Assembly (NCBI GenBank): GCA_964521095.1
Contig: CAZFPJ010000002.1
Coordinates: forward strand, 85,108 to 149,107
DNA from: an uncultured Candidatus Saccharibacteria bacterium
GTDB lineage: Bacteria; Patescibacteriota; Saccharimonadia; Saccharimonadales; 2-12-FULL-41-12
Direction: 5' to 3'
DNA: 64,000 nt
Positions 55,513 to 63,750 of the stretch are shown in pieces. Made by a program: the position numbers and the translations under genes. The stretch's first letter is position 1; every line of letters begins with the position of its first letter. The notes beneath the pieces are model-generated. The model was not told the origin of the DNA, made no database searches, and saw nothing but the letters and a program-made list of their open reading frames with translations.

Positions 55513-55938
55513 TTATAGGTAAGGTTTGATGTCTGGTATTACGCTTTCAAAAAACTCTCTATCTTTTGGGTGGGTCAAATAGCCTATAACTTTATCTATC
55601 TCAACCCAGATTGCCTCGGGGTTGTCGGGGTCTTCTGGTATAAGTTCTGTTTGCTTGGTTTTATATAAAAATAAGGTTATCTCTTTTATCTCGCTGTCGT
55701 CTAAAGGCCCTTCGTCCAAGGGTATTCTGTGTCTTTGATATGTTCCTAGCTCGCATAGCAAGGCTAGCTCTGTAAGGCCAGTCTCTTCTTGTATTTCACG
55801 CCTTGAAGCTTGTTGCAAATCTTCACCTGGGTCAACACCACCTTTGGGTAGTGACCATGAGCGACCATGCTGACTAACTACCACAATTTTATTGTCTGAC
55901 CCAATGATGACCCCGCCAGCTGTTTTTCTAATTTTCAT
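55513..55938 (-). CDS. NUDIX hydrolase
   Basis: Nudix box GGVDPGEDLQQASRREIQEETGL. Confidence 0.85.
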   Translation of the reverse strand: MKIRKTAGGVIIGSDNKIVVVSQHGRSWSLPKGGVDPGEDLQQASRREIQEETGLTELALLCELGTYQRHRIPLDEGPLDDSEIKEITLFLYKTKQTELIPEDPDNPEAIWVEIDKVIGYLTHPKDREFFESVIPDIKPYL

Positions 55939-56029
55939 TTAGCAATATATCCAAGCCAACAAGCGCAACCATACCGAGCAGTGCGTATGTCCAAAATTTC
56001 TTTTCTTTACTTGCAATCTTTTCACTCAT
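55928..56029 (-). CDS. candidate 33-aa single-TM protein, not in the ORF track
   Basis: ATG at 56029. Translation MSEKIASKEKKFWTYALLGMVALVGLDILLNEN. The stop overlaps the NUDIX start region. Confidence 0.25.
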   Translation of the reverse strand: MSEKIASKEKKFWTYALLGMVALVGLDILLNEN

Positions 56030-56034
56030 AACAT

Positions 56035-56056
56035 TGGTACCCCGGGAGGGACTCGA
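56035..56056 (-). repeat. 22-nt exact copy of the tRNA-Arg(UCU) 3' end
   Basis: TGGTACCCCGGGAGGGACTCGA is identical to 56216-56237. Confidence 0.9.
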
Positions 56057-56215
56057 CCCACCTTCGGCAGGCCCGAAACTTCGCTATTGAAAACAAGTTT
56101 TCATCGGAAGATTTCCTTGCAAACTGCCACTGGCAGTTCTCACCCCGACTTTACGGTCGGAGGTTCATCTTGCAATCAATATAAATTTACTGGCCAAAAG
56201 GCCACAGAATTTACA
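56057..56215 (-). mobile_element. candidate non-coding module, family 2
   Basis: Homologous to 2995-3161. Shares AACTGCC-ACT-GGCAGTT (56122-56138), TGAAAA-CAAG-TTTTCA (56088-56103), and a hairpin TTCGG-CAGGC-CCGAA (56063-56077) at the position of GCGAC-CCC-GTCGC. Confidence 0.5.
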
Positions 56216-56292
56216 TGGTACCCCGGGAGGGACTCGAACCCCCGACCTTGACGTTAGAACCGTCTTGCTCTAATCCACTGAGCTACCGGGGC
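56216..56292 (-). tRNA. tRNA-Arg (anticodon UCU)
   Basis: 77 nt: anticodon loop GTTCTAA, T-arm GGGGG-TTCGAGT-CCCTC, encoded CCA. Confidence 0.85.
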
Positions 56293-56311
56293 AAGATACT
56301 AAATATAAGGT

Positions 56312-56386
56312 TGGTGCGGGCGGAGAGAATCGAACTCTCATCACTTGCTTGGAAGGCAGGTATATTAGCCATTATACGACGCCCGC
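56312..56386 (-). tRNA. tRNA-Gly (anticodon UCC)
   Basis: 75 nt: GCGGGCG acceptor, anticodon loop CTTCCAA, T-arm GAGAG-TTCGATT-CTCTC, encoded CCA. Confidence 0.85.
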
Positions 56387-56436
56387 AGGTTTCTTTAACA
56401 GAGGTAATTATAGCACGAATATTAAAAAGAGCTAAT

Positions 56437-57957
56437 CTAGATATCGTGGATTATTTCTATCTTGGCGCCAAGCGAGTTAAAGCGATCGGCCAAGTCCTCG
56501 TAGCCACGGTTGATAGAATAGACATTACGAAGCATCGAAGTGCCTTTAGCAGAGAGCATGCCTATCAGTAGTAGGACTGCTGGCCGGAGGGCAGGGGGCG
56601 AAACTATATCGGCAACACTCCATTTTGTAGGGCCGTCTACATAGGCTCGGTGTGGGTCTGCCAGGGTTACACTAGCACCAAGTTTTCGTAACTCGGTGTA
56701 GTATATAGCTCGCTCTTCATAAGTCCAGTCGTGTATGAGCGTCCTGCCTTTGGCTGTAGCCGCAATCGGCACAAAGTAGGGTAGGTTGTCTATATTGAGG
56801 CCAGGGAAGGGGCGAGCATATATTTTCTCGTCCAGAGCCTTTAGTTTGCCATTGTGTTTGTGGATCGTTATGTCTACGAGATCGGTATAATTGTTATTTG
56901 CCTTGTACGGTTTGCTTGTGTCTATCTGAAGACCCATTTTCTCGAGCTTTAACAGTTCTAGTTCTAAAAATTCTATGGGAGCACGACTTATCTTGATGCT
57001 AGAGTTCGTCGCAACAGCTGCAGCTATAAAAGTCATCGACTCGATGGGGTCTTCGCTAGGATAGTAGGTAATATTTTTCTTGATGTTTTTTACACCCCTT
57101 ACTGTAAGTGTGCTTGTACCTATTCCGTCAATTTTTACCCCTAGTTTTCTTAAAAAATAACAAAGATCCTGCACCATGTAGTTGGCGCTTGCCATTTTTA
57201 TAGTAACTTCGTTGTCTTGTCGAGCGGCCGCCATTAGTATGTTTTCTGTTGTAGTATCTCCCGACTCATACAAAACCACATGTTTTGGTTGTTTTTGTTT
57301 AACAGTAACTTGGTAAAACCCGGTTTTTGCCACAATATCGACTCCAAATTCTTCCAGCGCAAACAAATGTGGTTGCACCGTTCGTTTGCCTAGTTTGCAG
57401 CCTCCTGCATACGGAATCTTAAATTCAGGGAATATGTGCATAAGAGGGCCAAGCATCATGATGACACTACGGGTTTTTCGGGCTGCCACTTTGTCCATTT
57501 TTGACAGATCCAGTTCTTCGGGTGGTTTGATCTCTAGGTCATTATTGGCCATCCATCGCACCTTCACCCCAATGCTAACGAGCACCTCGATTAGGCGGTT
57601 AACCTCTTCGATTCGAGGCATTTTTTTGAGGCGCGTAGTTCCTTTGTTGAGTAGCGCGGCAAAAAGCAAACAAACTGCGGCATTTTTGGAAACTTTGGTT
57701 TCTATAGTTCCAGATAGCTCATGTCCACCTTCTATCCGCAAGCTAACCGCGTCGCTACCGAGGCTAATTATCGGCTTATTGAGAGCATCACTTATGCGTC
57801 CTAAAGTTTCTAGGCTCAGATTTTGCCCACCTTTTTCGATGCGGTTGATAGCGCTTTGGCTGGTACCAATGCGTTTAGCAAGCTCCGCTTGGGTCAGCCC
57901 TCGTTCTTGCCTGATCTGATAAATTAGATTGCCGATCTTTTGGTTTGCTACATTCAT
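56437..57957 (-). CDS. murA: XRE-family HTH domain fused to UDP-N-acetylglucosamine 1-carboxyvinyltransferase (MurA)
   Basis: aa 1-65 carry an XRE HTH (RGLTQAELAKRIGTSQSAINRIEKG). The rest has the MurA/EPSP-synthase fold (GGHELSGTIETKVSKNAA..LLFAALL) and a catalytic-loop Cys (YAGGCKLGKRTV). Confidence 0.85.
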   Translation of the reverse strand: MNVANQKIGNLIYQIRQERGLTQAELAKRIGTSQSAINRIEKGGQNLSLETLGRISDALNKPIISLGSDAVSLRIEGGHELSGTIETKVSKNAAVCLLFAALLNKGTTRLKKMPRIEEVNRLIEVLVSIGVKVRWMANNDLEIKPPEELDLSKMDKVAARKTRSVIMMLGPLMHIFPEFKIPYAGGCKLGKRTVQPHLFALEEFGVDIVAKTGFYQVTVKQKQPKHVVLYESGDTTTENILMAAARQDNEVTIKMASANYMVQDLCYFLRKLGVKIDGIGTSTLTVRGVKNIKKNITYYPSEDPIESMTFIAAAVATNSSIKISRAPIEFLELELLKLEKMGLQIDTSKPYKANNNYTDLVDITIHKHNGKLKALDEKIYARPFPGLNIDNLPYFVPIAATAKGRTLIHDWTYEERAIYYTELRKLGASVTLADPHRAYVDGPTKWSVADIVSPPALRPAVLLLIGMLSAKGTSMLRNVYSINRGYEDLADRFNSLGAKIEIIHDI

Positions 57958-57969
57958 AACCGCAATATT

Positions 57970-57985
57970 ATATCACTCATGATAT
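57970..57985. promoter_or_regulatory. palindrome overlapping the -10 box of HTH-murA (candidate auto-operator)
   Basis: ATATCA-CTCA-TGATAT. On the minus strand, TATAAT ends 9 nt before the ATG. Confidence 0.35.
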
Positions 57986-58033
57986 GTTGATGCACTATTT
58001 CATAAAACGGTTTTTAGCAGTTACAATAAATAG

Positions 58034-59314
58034 ATGAGAGATAGCCAGATAGAGCAGTTAATTATTGCAGAAGAAAAACGACAGCGAGAAGGACTAGAGC
58101 TTATACCAAGCGAAAACTATGTAAGCCGAGATGTTCTTGACGCTATGGGGAGCGTGCTCACCAACAAATACTCCGAGGGTTATCCGGGTAAACGGTATTA
58201 TGGTGGTCAGGAAAATACTGACAAGATAGAACAGCTGGCAATTGACAGAGCGAAAGAGTTGTTTGGGGCAGATCATGCTAATGTCCAGCCACATTCTGGA
58301 GCTCCAGCCAACGAGGCCGTCTATAGTGCCTGGCTAGAGCCCGGCGATGTGGTGTTGGCCATGGACTTAAGTCATGGTGGTCATCTAACGCACGGTGCAC
58401 CAGTTACTCGTTCGGCCAAGCTATATAACTTTATTCGTTATAAGATGAAAAATCCCGAGACGGGCCAGATTGACTACGACGAGCTTAGAGAGCTTGCCTT
58501 GCAATATAAACCAAAGATTATCTTGGCTGGATTTAGCGCTTATCCTAGAGAGCTAGATTACGGCAAGTTCGCCGAAATTGGCGACGAAGTAGGGGCTCTA
58601 CTGATGGCAGATATGGCACATATTGCCGGCTTAATTGTCGGAGGTGTTGCAAAGAATCCGTTTGATTATGGCTTTCATGTAATCACCACTACTACACACA
58701 AAACTTTGCGTGGTCCCCGCGGTGGATTAATTTTAAGCAAAGGGACGGTCGGTAACCCTCTCAAAGCCCCCGACAAAACTCTAGAAAATATTCCAACTCT
58801 TATTGACCGAGCAGTCTTCCCCGGCATGCAGGGTGGTCCACACGAGCATGTTATCGGCGCTAAGGCTGTAGCTTTTGGAGAGGCCTTAAAGCCAGAGTTT
58901 AAAGCTTATGCTAGCCAAATAATAAAAAATGCCCAATCTCTGGCTGAGGCGCTACAGGCGCGAGGGTTCAAGCTAGTTACGGGCGGAACTAGTAATCACC
59001 TGATTTTGGCAGATGTACACACTAGCTTTGGTATCGATGGTAACGAAGCAGAAACAGCTTTGGATAAGATTGGTTTAACACTCAATAAAAACGCTATTGC
59101 CGACGATCCTTTGCCTCCTTTTCGGCCAAGCGGAATTCGTCTGGGAACTCCCGCCATCACAACCAGAGGCCTTAAAGAATCTGATATGGAAAAGATAGCC
59201 GACTGGATGAAGCAGGCAATAGAAAATAGATCCAACCCCGAAGAGCTAGAAAAATTAAGAAAAGAAGTCAAAGATTTCGCTTTAAAATTTCCCCTTCCAA
59301 GCGACAAGGTCTAG
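58034..59314 (+). CDS. glyA: serine hydroxymethyltransferase
   Basis: Full-length SHMT with the PLP site TTTTHKTLRGPRGG. Confidence 0.97.
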   Translation: MRDSQIEQLIIAEEKRQREGLELIPSENYVSRDVLDAMGSVLTNKYSEGYPGKRYYGGQENTDKIEQLAIDRAKELFGADHANVQPHSGAPANEAVYSAWLEPGDVVLAMDLSHGGHLTHGAPVTRSAKLYNFIRYKMKNPETGQIDYDELRELALQYKPKIILAGFSAYPRELDYGKFAEIGDEVGALLMADMAHIAGLIVGGVAKNPFDYGFHVITTTTHKTLRGPRGGLILSKGTVGNPLKAPDKTLENIPTLIDRAVFPGMQGGPHEHVIGAKAVAFGEALKPEFKAYASQIIKNAQSLAEALQARGFKLVTGGTSNHLILADVHTSFGIDGNEAETALDKIGLTLNKNAIADDPLPPFRPSGIRLGTPAITTRGLKESDMEKIADWMKQAIENRSNPEELEKLRKEVKDFALKFPLPSDKV

Positions 59315-60336
59315 ATTAGCTCCGGTTCTTGTTCTAATGTAATATCGAATTTCTTTTGTGCCGAGGCAACTATGGCGTCTTTAAAGGCCACCAACGAAGC
59401 CGTGTTTTTGGCTTTTTCGTTGACCAGCACCAGTGGTTGCTTATCCCAAACAGCCATACCGGTATTCGGTTCACGGTAACCTTTTAGTCCAAGATATTCC
59501 ATGATCCAGGCCCCCGAAATTTTTACGGTATCGTCATTTACATCCCAATATACAATGCCTGGATATTGCTCTTTGAGTTCTTCTAGTTGTACGCGAGGTA
59601 TAAACGGATTAGCAAAAAATGATCCACAATTGGCAATAACTTTAGGGTCTGGCAACTTGGCGGACCGAATAGAGATAACTGCTTCTCGGATGTCTTTAGA
59701 GGAAGGGCTGGTGATTTTGTGCTCATTAAAATAATTCTGTACCGAAGCATAAAATGGAGGGGTAGGTGATGTGTTGCTAAGAGTTAGTGTTATTGAAGTA
59801 ATTAAGAATCTGCCACGATCGGTAGTTTTAAATCGGCTAGTCCTGTACCCGAACTCACATTCGACCTTTGGTATGGTTGTCATTTTTTTTGTTTGACGGT
59901 CGTAAGCTTGTACACAAACTAGTATATCGGCAATTTCTCGCCCATAAGCCCCGACATTTTGTACTGGTGTAGCTCCAGCTAGCCCAGGTATTAACGATAA
60001 TTGCTCTATTCCAGACAGCCCTTGCTCTACTGTTTTGGCCACAACTTCATCCCAAACCTCTCCAGCGCCGATAGTTATAAAGGTCGCCCCATCTTGGGGC
60101 TGTAGCTCGACTCCTTTTAGGTTGTTGACTAGTACCAGTCCCGGATAGTCTTTGTCTTGCCAAATAATATTACTGCCTTGCCCAATCATGATAATGTCTG
60201 CGATATTATTGGACTCTGCCCAGTCTATAGCCTTCTGGATTTCATCAAGATTATTAATGGTACACAGATACCGAGCTTTTCCTCCAAGTCGCATGGTGGA
60301 ATGGTCTTTTAGAGATATGTTTTCTTTTAACTCCAT
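59311..60336 (-). CDS. murB: UDP-N-acetylenolpyruvoylglucosamine reductase
   Basis: FAD-binding PCMH domain (MRLGGKA.., GQGSNI) and a MurB C-terminal domain. Confidence 0.9.
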   Translation of the reverse strand: MELKENISLKDHSTMRLGGKARYLCTINNLDEIQKAIDWAESNNIADIIMIGQGSNIIWQDKDYPGLVLVNNLKGVELQPQDGATFITIGAGEVWDEVVAKTVEQGLSGIEQLSLIPGLAGATPVQNVGAYGREIADILVCVQAYDRQTKKMTTIPKVECEFGYRTSRFKTTDRGRFLITSITLTLSNTSPTPPFYASVQNYFNEHKITSPSSKDIREAVISIRSAKLPDPKVIANCGSFFANPFIPRVQLEELKEQYPGIVYWDVNDDTVKISGAWIMEYLGLKGYREPNTGMAVWDKQPLVLVNEKAKNTASLVAFKDAIVASAQKKFDITLEQEPELI

Positions 60337-60433
60337 ACCCTTTTAGTATAACCGAAATGTTTACTTAAAAAACATTGTAGTGCTTATTAAAACGAGTCTT
60401 GCAAAAAGTTCATGAGGGCGTAACATATAAGGT

Positions 60434-60967
60434 ATGAGTCAGAAGAATGAAGAGCCTTACCAGGCACTAGGGGCACGGATCAAGAAGCTACGCGAACAGT
60501 GGCAACAGTCGGTTGTAGAGGTATCTAATACTCTCGAGATTGATGAGTCTACCCTAAGAGCAATTGAACAAGGAAAGACTATGCCTGCAGAGGAGCTACT
60601 CGACTTATTAAGTAGCCACTTCTTGTTAACAGATGAGCAGACCGACGAGCTTAGAGACCTGGCCGATCAATACAACTCTCAAACAGGTGATGCGCTAATG
60701 AGTGGTATCGAAGATATGTTAATGAAACAGATCGTCATGTATCTGCCGGTAGATAGCAAGACTCTTTTTACGGATAGCATGAACGCTACAGTCAACGACC
60801 ATGGCGTAGTCTTGCAGTTTATGCAGAATAGTCCAGATGGTCAGGCATTGCCAGTTAGTAAGGTTGGCATGAGTCGCGAACACGCCGAACGCATGATAAA
60901 AGTTATTCGTTCCACACTAGATCAACATGATCGCTCTAACGACCAAAAAGCTTTACCGCCTCAGTAG
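60434..60967 (+). CDS. XRE-family HTH protein with uncharacterised C-terminal domain
   Basis: N-terminal HTH (LGARIKKLREQWQQSVVEVSNTLEIDESTLRAIEQG). No S24 peptidase motif. Confidence 0.6.
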   Translation: MSQKNEEPYQALGARIKKLREQWQQSVVEVSNTLEIDESTLRAIEQGKTMPAEELLDLLSSHFLLTDEQTDELRDLADQYNSQTGDALMSGIEDMLMKQIVMYLPVDSKTLFTDSMNATVNDHGVVLQFMQNSPDGQALPVSKVGMSREHAERMIKVIRSTLDQHDRSNDQKALPPQ

Positions 60968-61254
60968 TATCCTTCCGCCTCGGCTTGGTTTTCTAGTTGT
61001 TGCAGTTTTTGTTCGCTAGATACTTCCTCGGCAAGCGGGTCTAGTCGAACCAGACCAGCAAATATAATTTTCGAGGTAGGATCAATCGATCCAGGTTTTC
61101 CCCAACTGGGGTAAGACTTATCAATAAAATGCTTCGGACCAGTATTTGCCATAGCTCGTGCAATTTTTTTATTGCGAGGAATTTTTTCAATAGAGGCTGT
61201 TTCGAAGCCTTCGTAGTCGTCAAATAACAATTCTGGGTCCACATCGAAACGCAT
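60961..61254 (-). CDS. hypothetical protein
   Basis: 97-aa ORF, convergent with the previous gene and overlapping it by 7 nt. Confidence 0.45.
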   Translation of the reverse strand: MRFDVDPELLFDDYEGFETASIEKIPRNKKIARAMANTGPKHFIDKSYPSWGKPGSIDPTSKIIFAGLVRLDPLAEEVSSEQKLQQLENQAEAEGYY

Positions 61255-61348
61255 AGTAATACAACTATAAAATTATAGATGGATAATGTCAATTCTAGGC
61301 TAGGAATAGTTTTATTTTTATGCTAGAATTACCTCTGTTGTTTTGTGC

Positions 61349-61425
61349 GCACCGGTAGCTCAGCGGATTAGAGCATCTGTCTTCGGAACAGAGGGTCGGG
61401 GGTTCGAATCCCTCCCGGTGTACCA
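61349..61425 (+). tRNA. tRNA-Arg (anticodon UCG)
   Basis: 77 nt: anticodon stem-loop TCTGT-CTTCGGA-ACAGA, encoded CCA. Confidence 0.85.
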
Positions 61426-61426
61426 T

Positions 61427-61503
61427 GGGCCAGTAGCTCAGCTGGTTAGAGCACCTGCCTCTTAAGCAGGGTGTCGAGGGTTCGAGTCCCTCCTGGCCCT
61501 CCA
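61427..61503 (+). tRNA. tRNA-Lys (anticodon CUU)
   Basis: 77 nt: anticodon stem-loop CCTGC-CTCTTAA-GCAGG, encoded CCA. It starts 1 nt after the end of tRNA-Arg. Confidence 0.9.
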
Positions 61504-61506
61504 AAA

Positions 61507-61671
61507 ATAGAACCGCCTTCCTGGCGGTTTTGTTTTTGGAACGCTTAAGGAAGAAAGCCAACTGCTTGGCTTTTGTGGGACTCGAACAGGCGGAGCGATG
61601 TCGAGCAATTCAGCGAGACCGCGAGCCGGGGTCGACAGCGAAAAGCAAAGCTTTTCGACTGGTGACTCGAA
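61507..61671 (+). mobile_element. candidate non-coding module (divergent; includes terminator 61511-61537)
   Basis: Lies between two exact 22-nt copies of the tRNA-Lys(CUU) 3' end. It contains an inverted copy of the T-loop region (GGGACTCGAAC, ~61578-61588) and the hairpin CGAAAAGC-AAA-GCTTTTCG. It shares the motif CAGnGAAAAGnAAAGC with family 1. Confidence 0.45.
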
Positions 61672-61693
61672 AGTCCCTCCTGGCCCTCCAAAA
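61672..61693 (+). repeat. 22-nt exact copy of the tRNA-Lys(CUU) 3' end
   Basis: AGTCCCTCCTGGCCCTCCAAAA is identical to 61485-61506. Confidence 0.9.
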
Positions 61694-61697
61694 TATG

Positions 61698-61724
61698 AAC
61701 TCCCCAAGAGGGAGTTTTTATTTT
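61698..61724 (+). terminator. intrinsic terminator after the repeat copy
   Basis: AACTCCC-CAAGA-GGGAGTT followed by TTTATTTT. An outer clamp pairs CTCCAAAATA with TATTTTGGAG. Confidence 0.65.
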
Positions 61725-61821
61725 GGAGCAGTGTGCTTTAGAACGCCCGACACGCCAAAAGGGCGTCGAGTCCCTCCCCTGATCGAATATGCCAGGATAG
61801 ACTCAAATCTAACTTGATATA

Positions 61822-62268
61822 ATGAAATGTATGAAAAGCAAAGAACGGGTGTTTAGTTCGAATCAACTGTTGTTTAAGGAAATATTTGTAGGGACGCTCA
61901 TATATGCTGTAGTCCTGGCATTTTTTAATGATTATACGCCTATTGTTGAGGCCAAAAGCTTCTCGACTATTTTTTATGCATCTATGTTGCTAGAGATATT
62001 GACTCTTGTAGCTTTTTCGATCAAGAGGCGGATAGTTGGCTGGTTAAAGGGGCGTAAAAATACAACTTATGCAGTAGCGATATTTTTTTGTGTGTGGCTT
62101 GTAATGTTTTTGTCAAAATTTGTATTTATTTGGGCTGTAGATTTTGTTTTTGGTAAAAATATTAGTATAAATGGCTTCTTTGGCATACTGGCGGTAGCGC
62201 TGTGTGTTACCGTGGTACATAAGCTAGCAGACTACATATTTGTAAAGCTTGACGGCCAGCAGGGATAA
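61822..62268 (+). CDS. hypothetical membrane protein
   Basis: 148-aa ORF with about 4 TM. Confidence 0.5.
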   Translation: MKCMKSKERVFSSNQLLFKEIFVGTLIYAVVLAFFNDYTPIVEAKSFSTIFYASMLLEILTLVAFSIKRRIVGWLKGRKNTTYAVAIFFCVWLVMFLSKFVFIWAVDFVFGKNISINGFFGILAVALCVTVVHKLADYIFVKLDGQQG

Positions 62269-62299
62269 TTATTGTCTATAGCTCTTTTGTTAGGCCATC

Positions 62300-63079
62300 T
62301 TGCCAGGCATTGTTTGGTATTATATTAAGGTGAAAGATCGGACTACAAAAAAAGGGGCATCCACAAAAGAGGTGTTACGACAGTCATTTGCCTCAAGGAT
62401 TTTGATAAGATTAGCTATTGCTATATTCGCAATTGCTGGCATGCATTTGCTAGTTCAGTATTTAAATATGGATGTTTACCATCAGCAGAACGGTCAGGTT
62501 TTTGAGCTGTCGAATCGTTTCGATATGGACGATGAGTCTAGCTTGCCTACCTGGTTTTCTGAGATATTGTTTCTGACTATCGCCGTTAGTGCATTCTTTG
62601 CGTCTTGGCTTAGCAGAAATGCCGTTCGTAAAGTTTGGATAGTTGTTGGAGCAGTTAGTTTGTTGGCAGCGATTGACGAAATAGCTACTCTGCACGAATT
62701 TGTCCTGCAAAGCGTACATGTAATATTTTTTAAAAACGCCCCACCAGCGGGGCTCAATAATGCATGGGCGATTATGGCACCTTTTATACTGTTAGCCTTT
62801 GCATTTTTAGCTTGGCGAGCGTGGCAGGCTCTTCCAAGGCGTACGACAATTATTCTAATAACTGCTGGCGTAATATTCTTGCTTGGGGCGTTAGGGATAG
62901 ATATGTTAACCGACATGGTAAACGAACAAACTTTCTTGTACCAAGGAGCGCTGGTTGCTCTAGAAGAATCTATGGAACTGTTCGGCGGTGCGGTGGTGCT
63001 GTACGGGATTATTGACTATCTCGAGCAACAGCATAAAACAAAAATCAAAAAAGCTATATCAAGCTTGCGGACTGGCTAG
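62300..63079 (+). CDS. hypothetical membrane protein
   Basis: 259-aa ORF with about 7 TM. The TTG start in the track is uncertain; GTG 62330 is an alternative. Confidence 0.5.
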   Translation: MPGIVWYYIKVKDRTTKKGASTKEVLRQSFASRILIRLAIAIFAIAGMHLLVQYLNMDVYHQQNGQVFELSNRFDMDDESSLPTWFSEILFLTIAVSAFFASWLSRNAVRKVWIVVGAVSLLAAIDEIATLHEFVLQSVHVIFFKNAPPAGLNNAWAIMAPFILLAFAFLAWRAWQALPRRTTIILITAGVIFLLGALGIDMLTDMVNEQTFLYQGALVALEESMELFGGAVVLYGIIDYLEQQHKTKIKKAISSLRTG

Positions 63080-63081
63080 TC

Positions 63082-63738
63082 ATGGTTAGAAACAATAGGA
63101 ACAAAAATAGTCGAGGCAGGGCCAAGAGCAAGAACAAGGTTTTTGCAAGTCCGGTTGGTCAGATTGTCATATCAATCATTATTTTTGTTACTGCAACTTT
63201 AGCGTCCAGAGGTGAACAGCTTGCTTCGTGGGAGCAAAATTTATTTTTACATATTTATAATTGGCCAGATATTTTACATAATTTTTTCTACCTAGCTACC
63301 CAGCTAGGTAGTTTATATATGGTTTTGGCATTACCTTTGATAGTCTTATTTCTTAAGCGCACAGATATAGCAATCCGCTTACTAGCAACAGGGGCGTCAG
63401 TGTATGTGTTAGTTGGGGTCGCAAAGGGCTTGTTTGGCAGAGGTCGTCCGCAAGAATTTTTGGCAGATGTTGTCAGTCGTGACATCACTCATGGCCCTGG
63501 TTTTCCGTCCGGACATACTGCGCTGGCGGTAGCCTTAGCGCTAACTGTGGCTTACTATCTTCGTTTTAATTATCTTTGGATACCGGCAATCTGGATCGCT
63601 CTGGTTGGGTTATCAAGGATATACTTGGGTGCTCATTTGCCATTAGATATTATTGGCGGGTTTGCAGTTGGCTGGTTAGTTTATGCGGTGTTCGCCCGTA
63701 TTTATCAGGTATTTTCTGCCAAAACAACAGCCGGGTAG
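63082..63738 (+). CDS. PAP2-family lipid phosphatase (undecaprenyl-diphosphatase-like)
   Basis: PAP2 motifs KGLFGRGRP, PSGH and SRIYLGAHLPLD. Confidence 0.8.
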   Translation: MVRNNRNKNSRGRAKSKNKVFASPVGQIVISIIIFVTATLASRGEQLASWEQNLFLHIYNWPDILHNFFYLATQLGSLYMVLALPLIVLFLKRTDIAIRLLATGASVYVLVGVAKGLFGRGRPQEFLADVVSRDITHGPGFPSGHTALAVALALTVAYYLRFNYLWIPAIWIALVGLSRIYLGAHLPLDIIGGFAVGWLVYAVFARIYQVFSAKTTAG

Positions 63739-63750
63739 TCAGAGGTCTGA

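Noticed and set aside
60434-60967. XRE-HTH protein considered as a LexA candidate for the recA palindrome
   Set aside because: It has no Ala-Gly cleavage site and no Ser/Lys S24 peptidase motifs. The C-terminal domain is unrelated to LexA.
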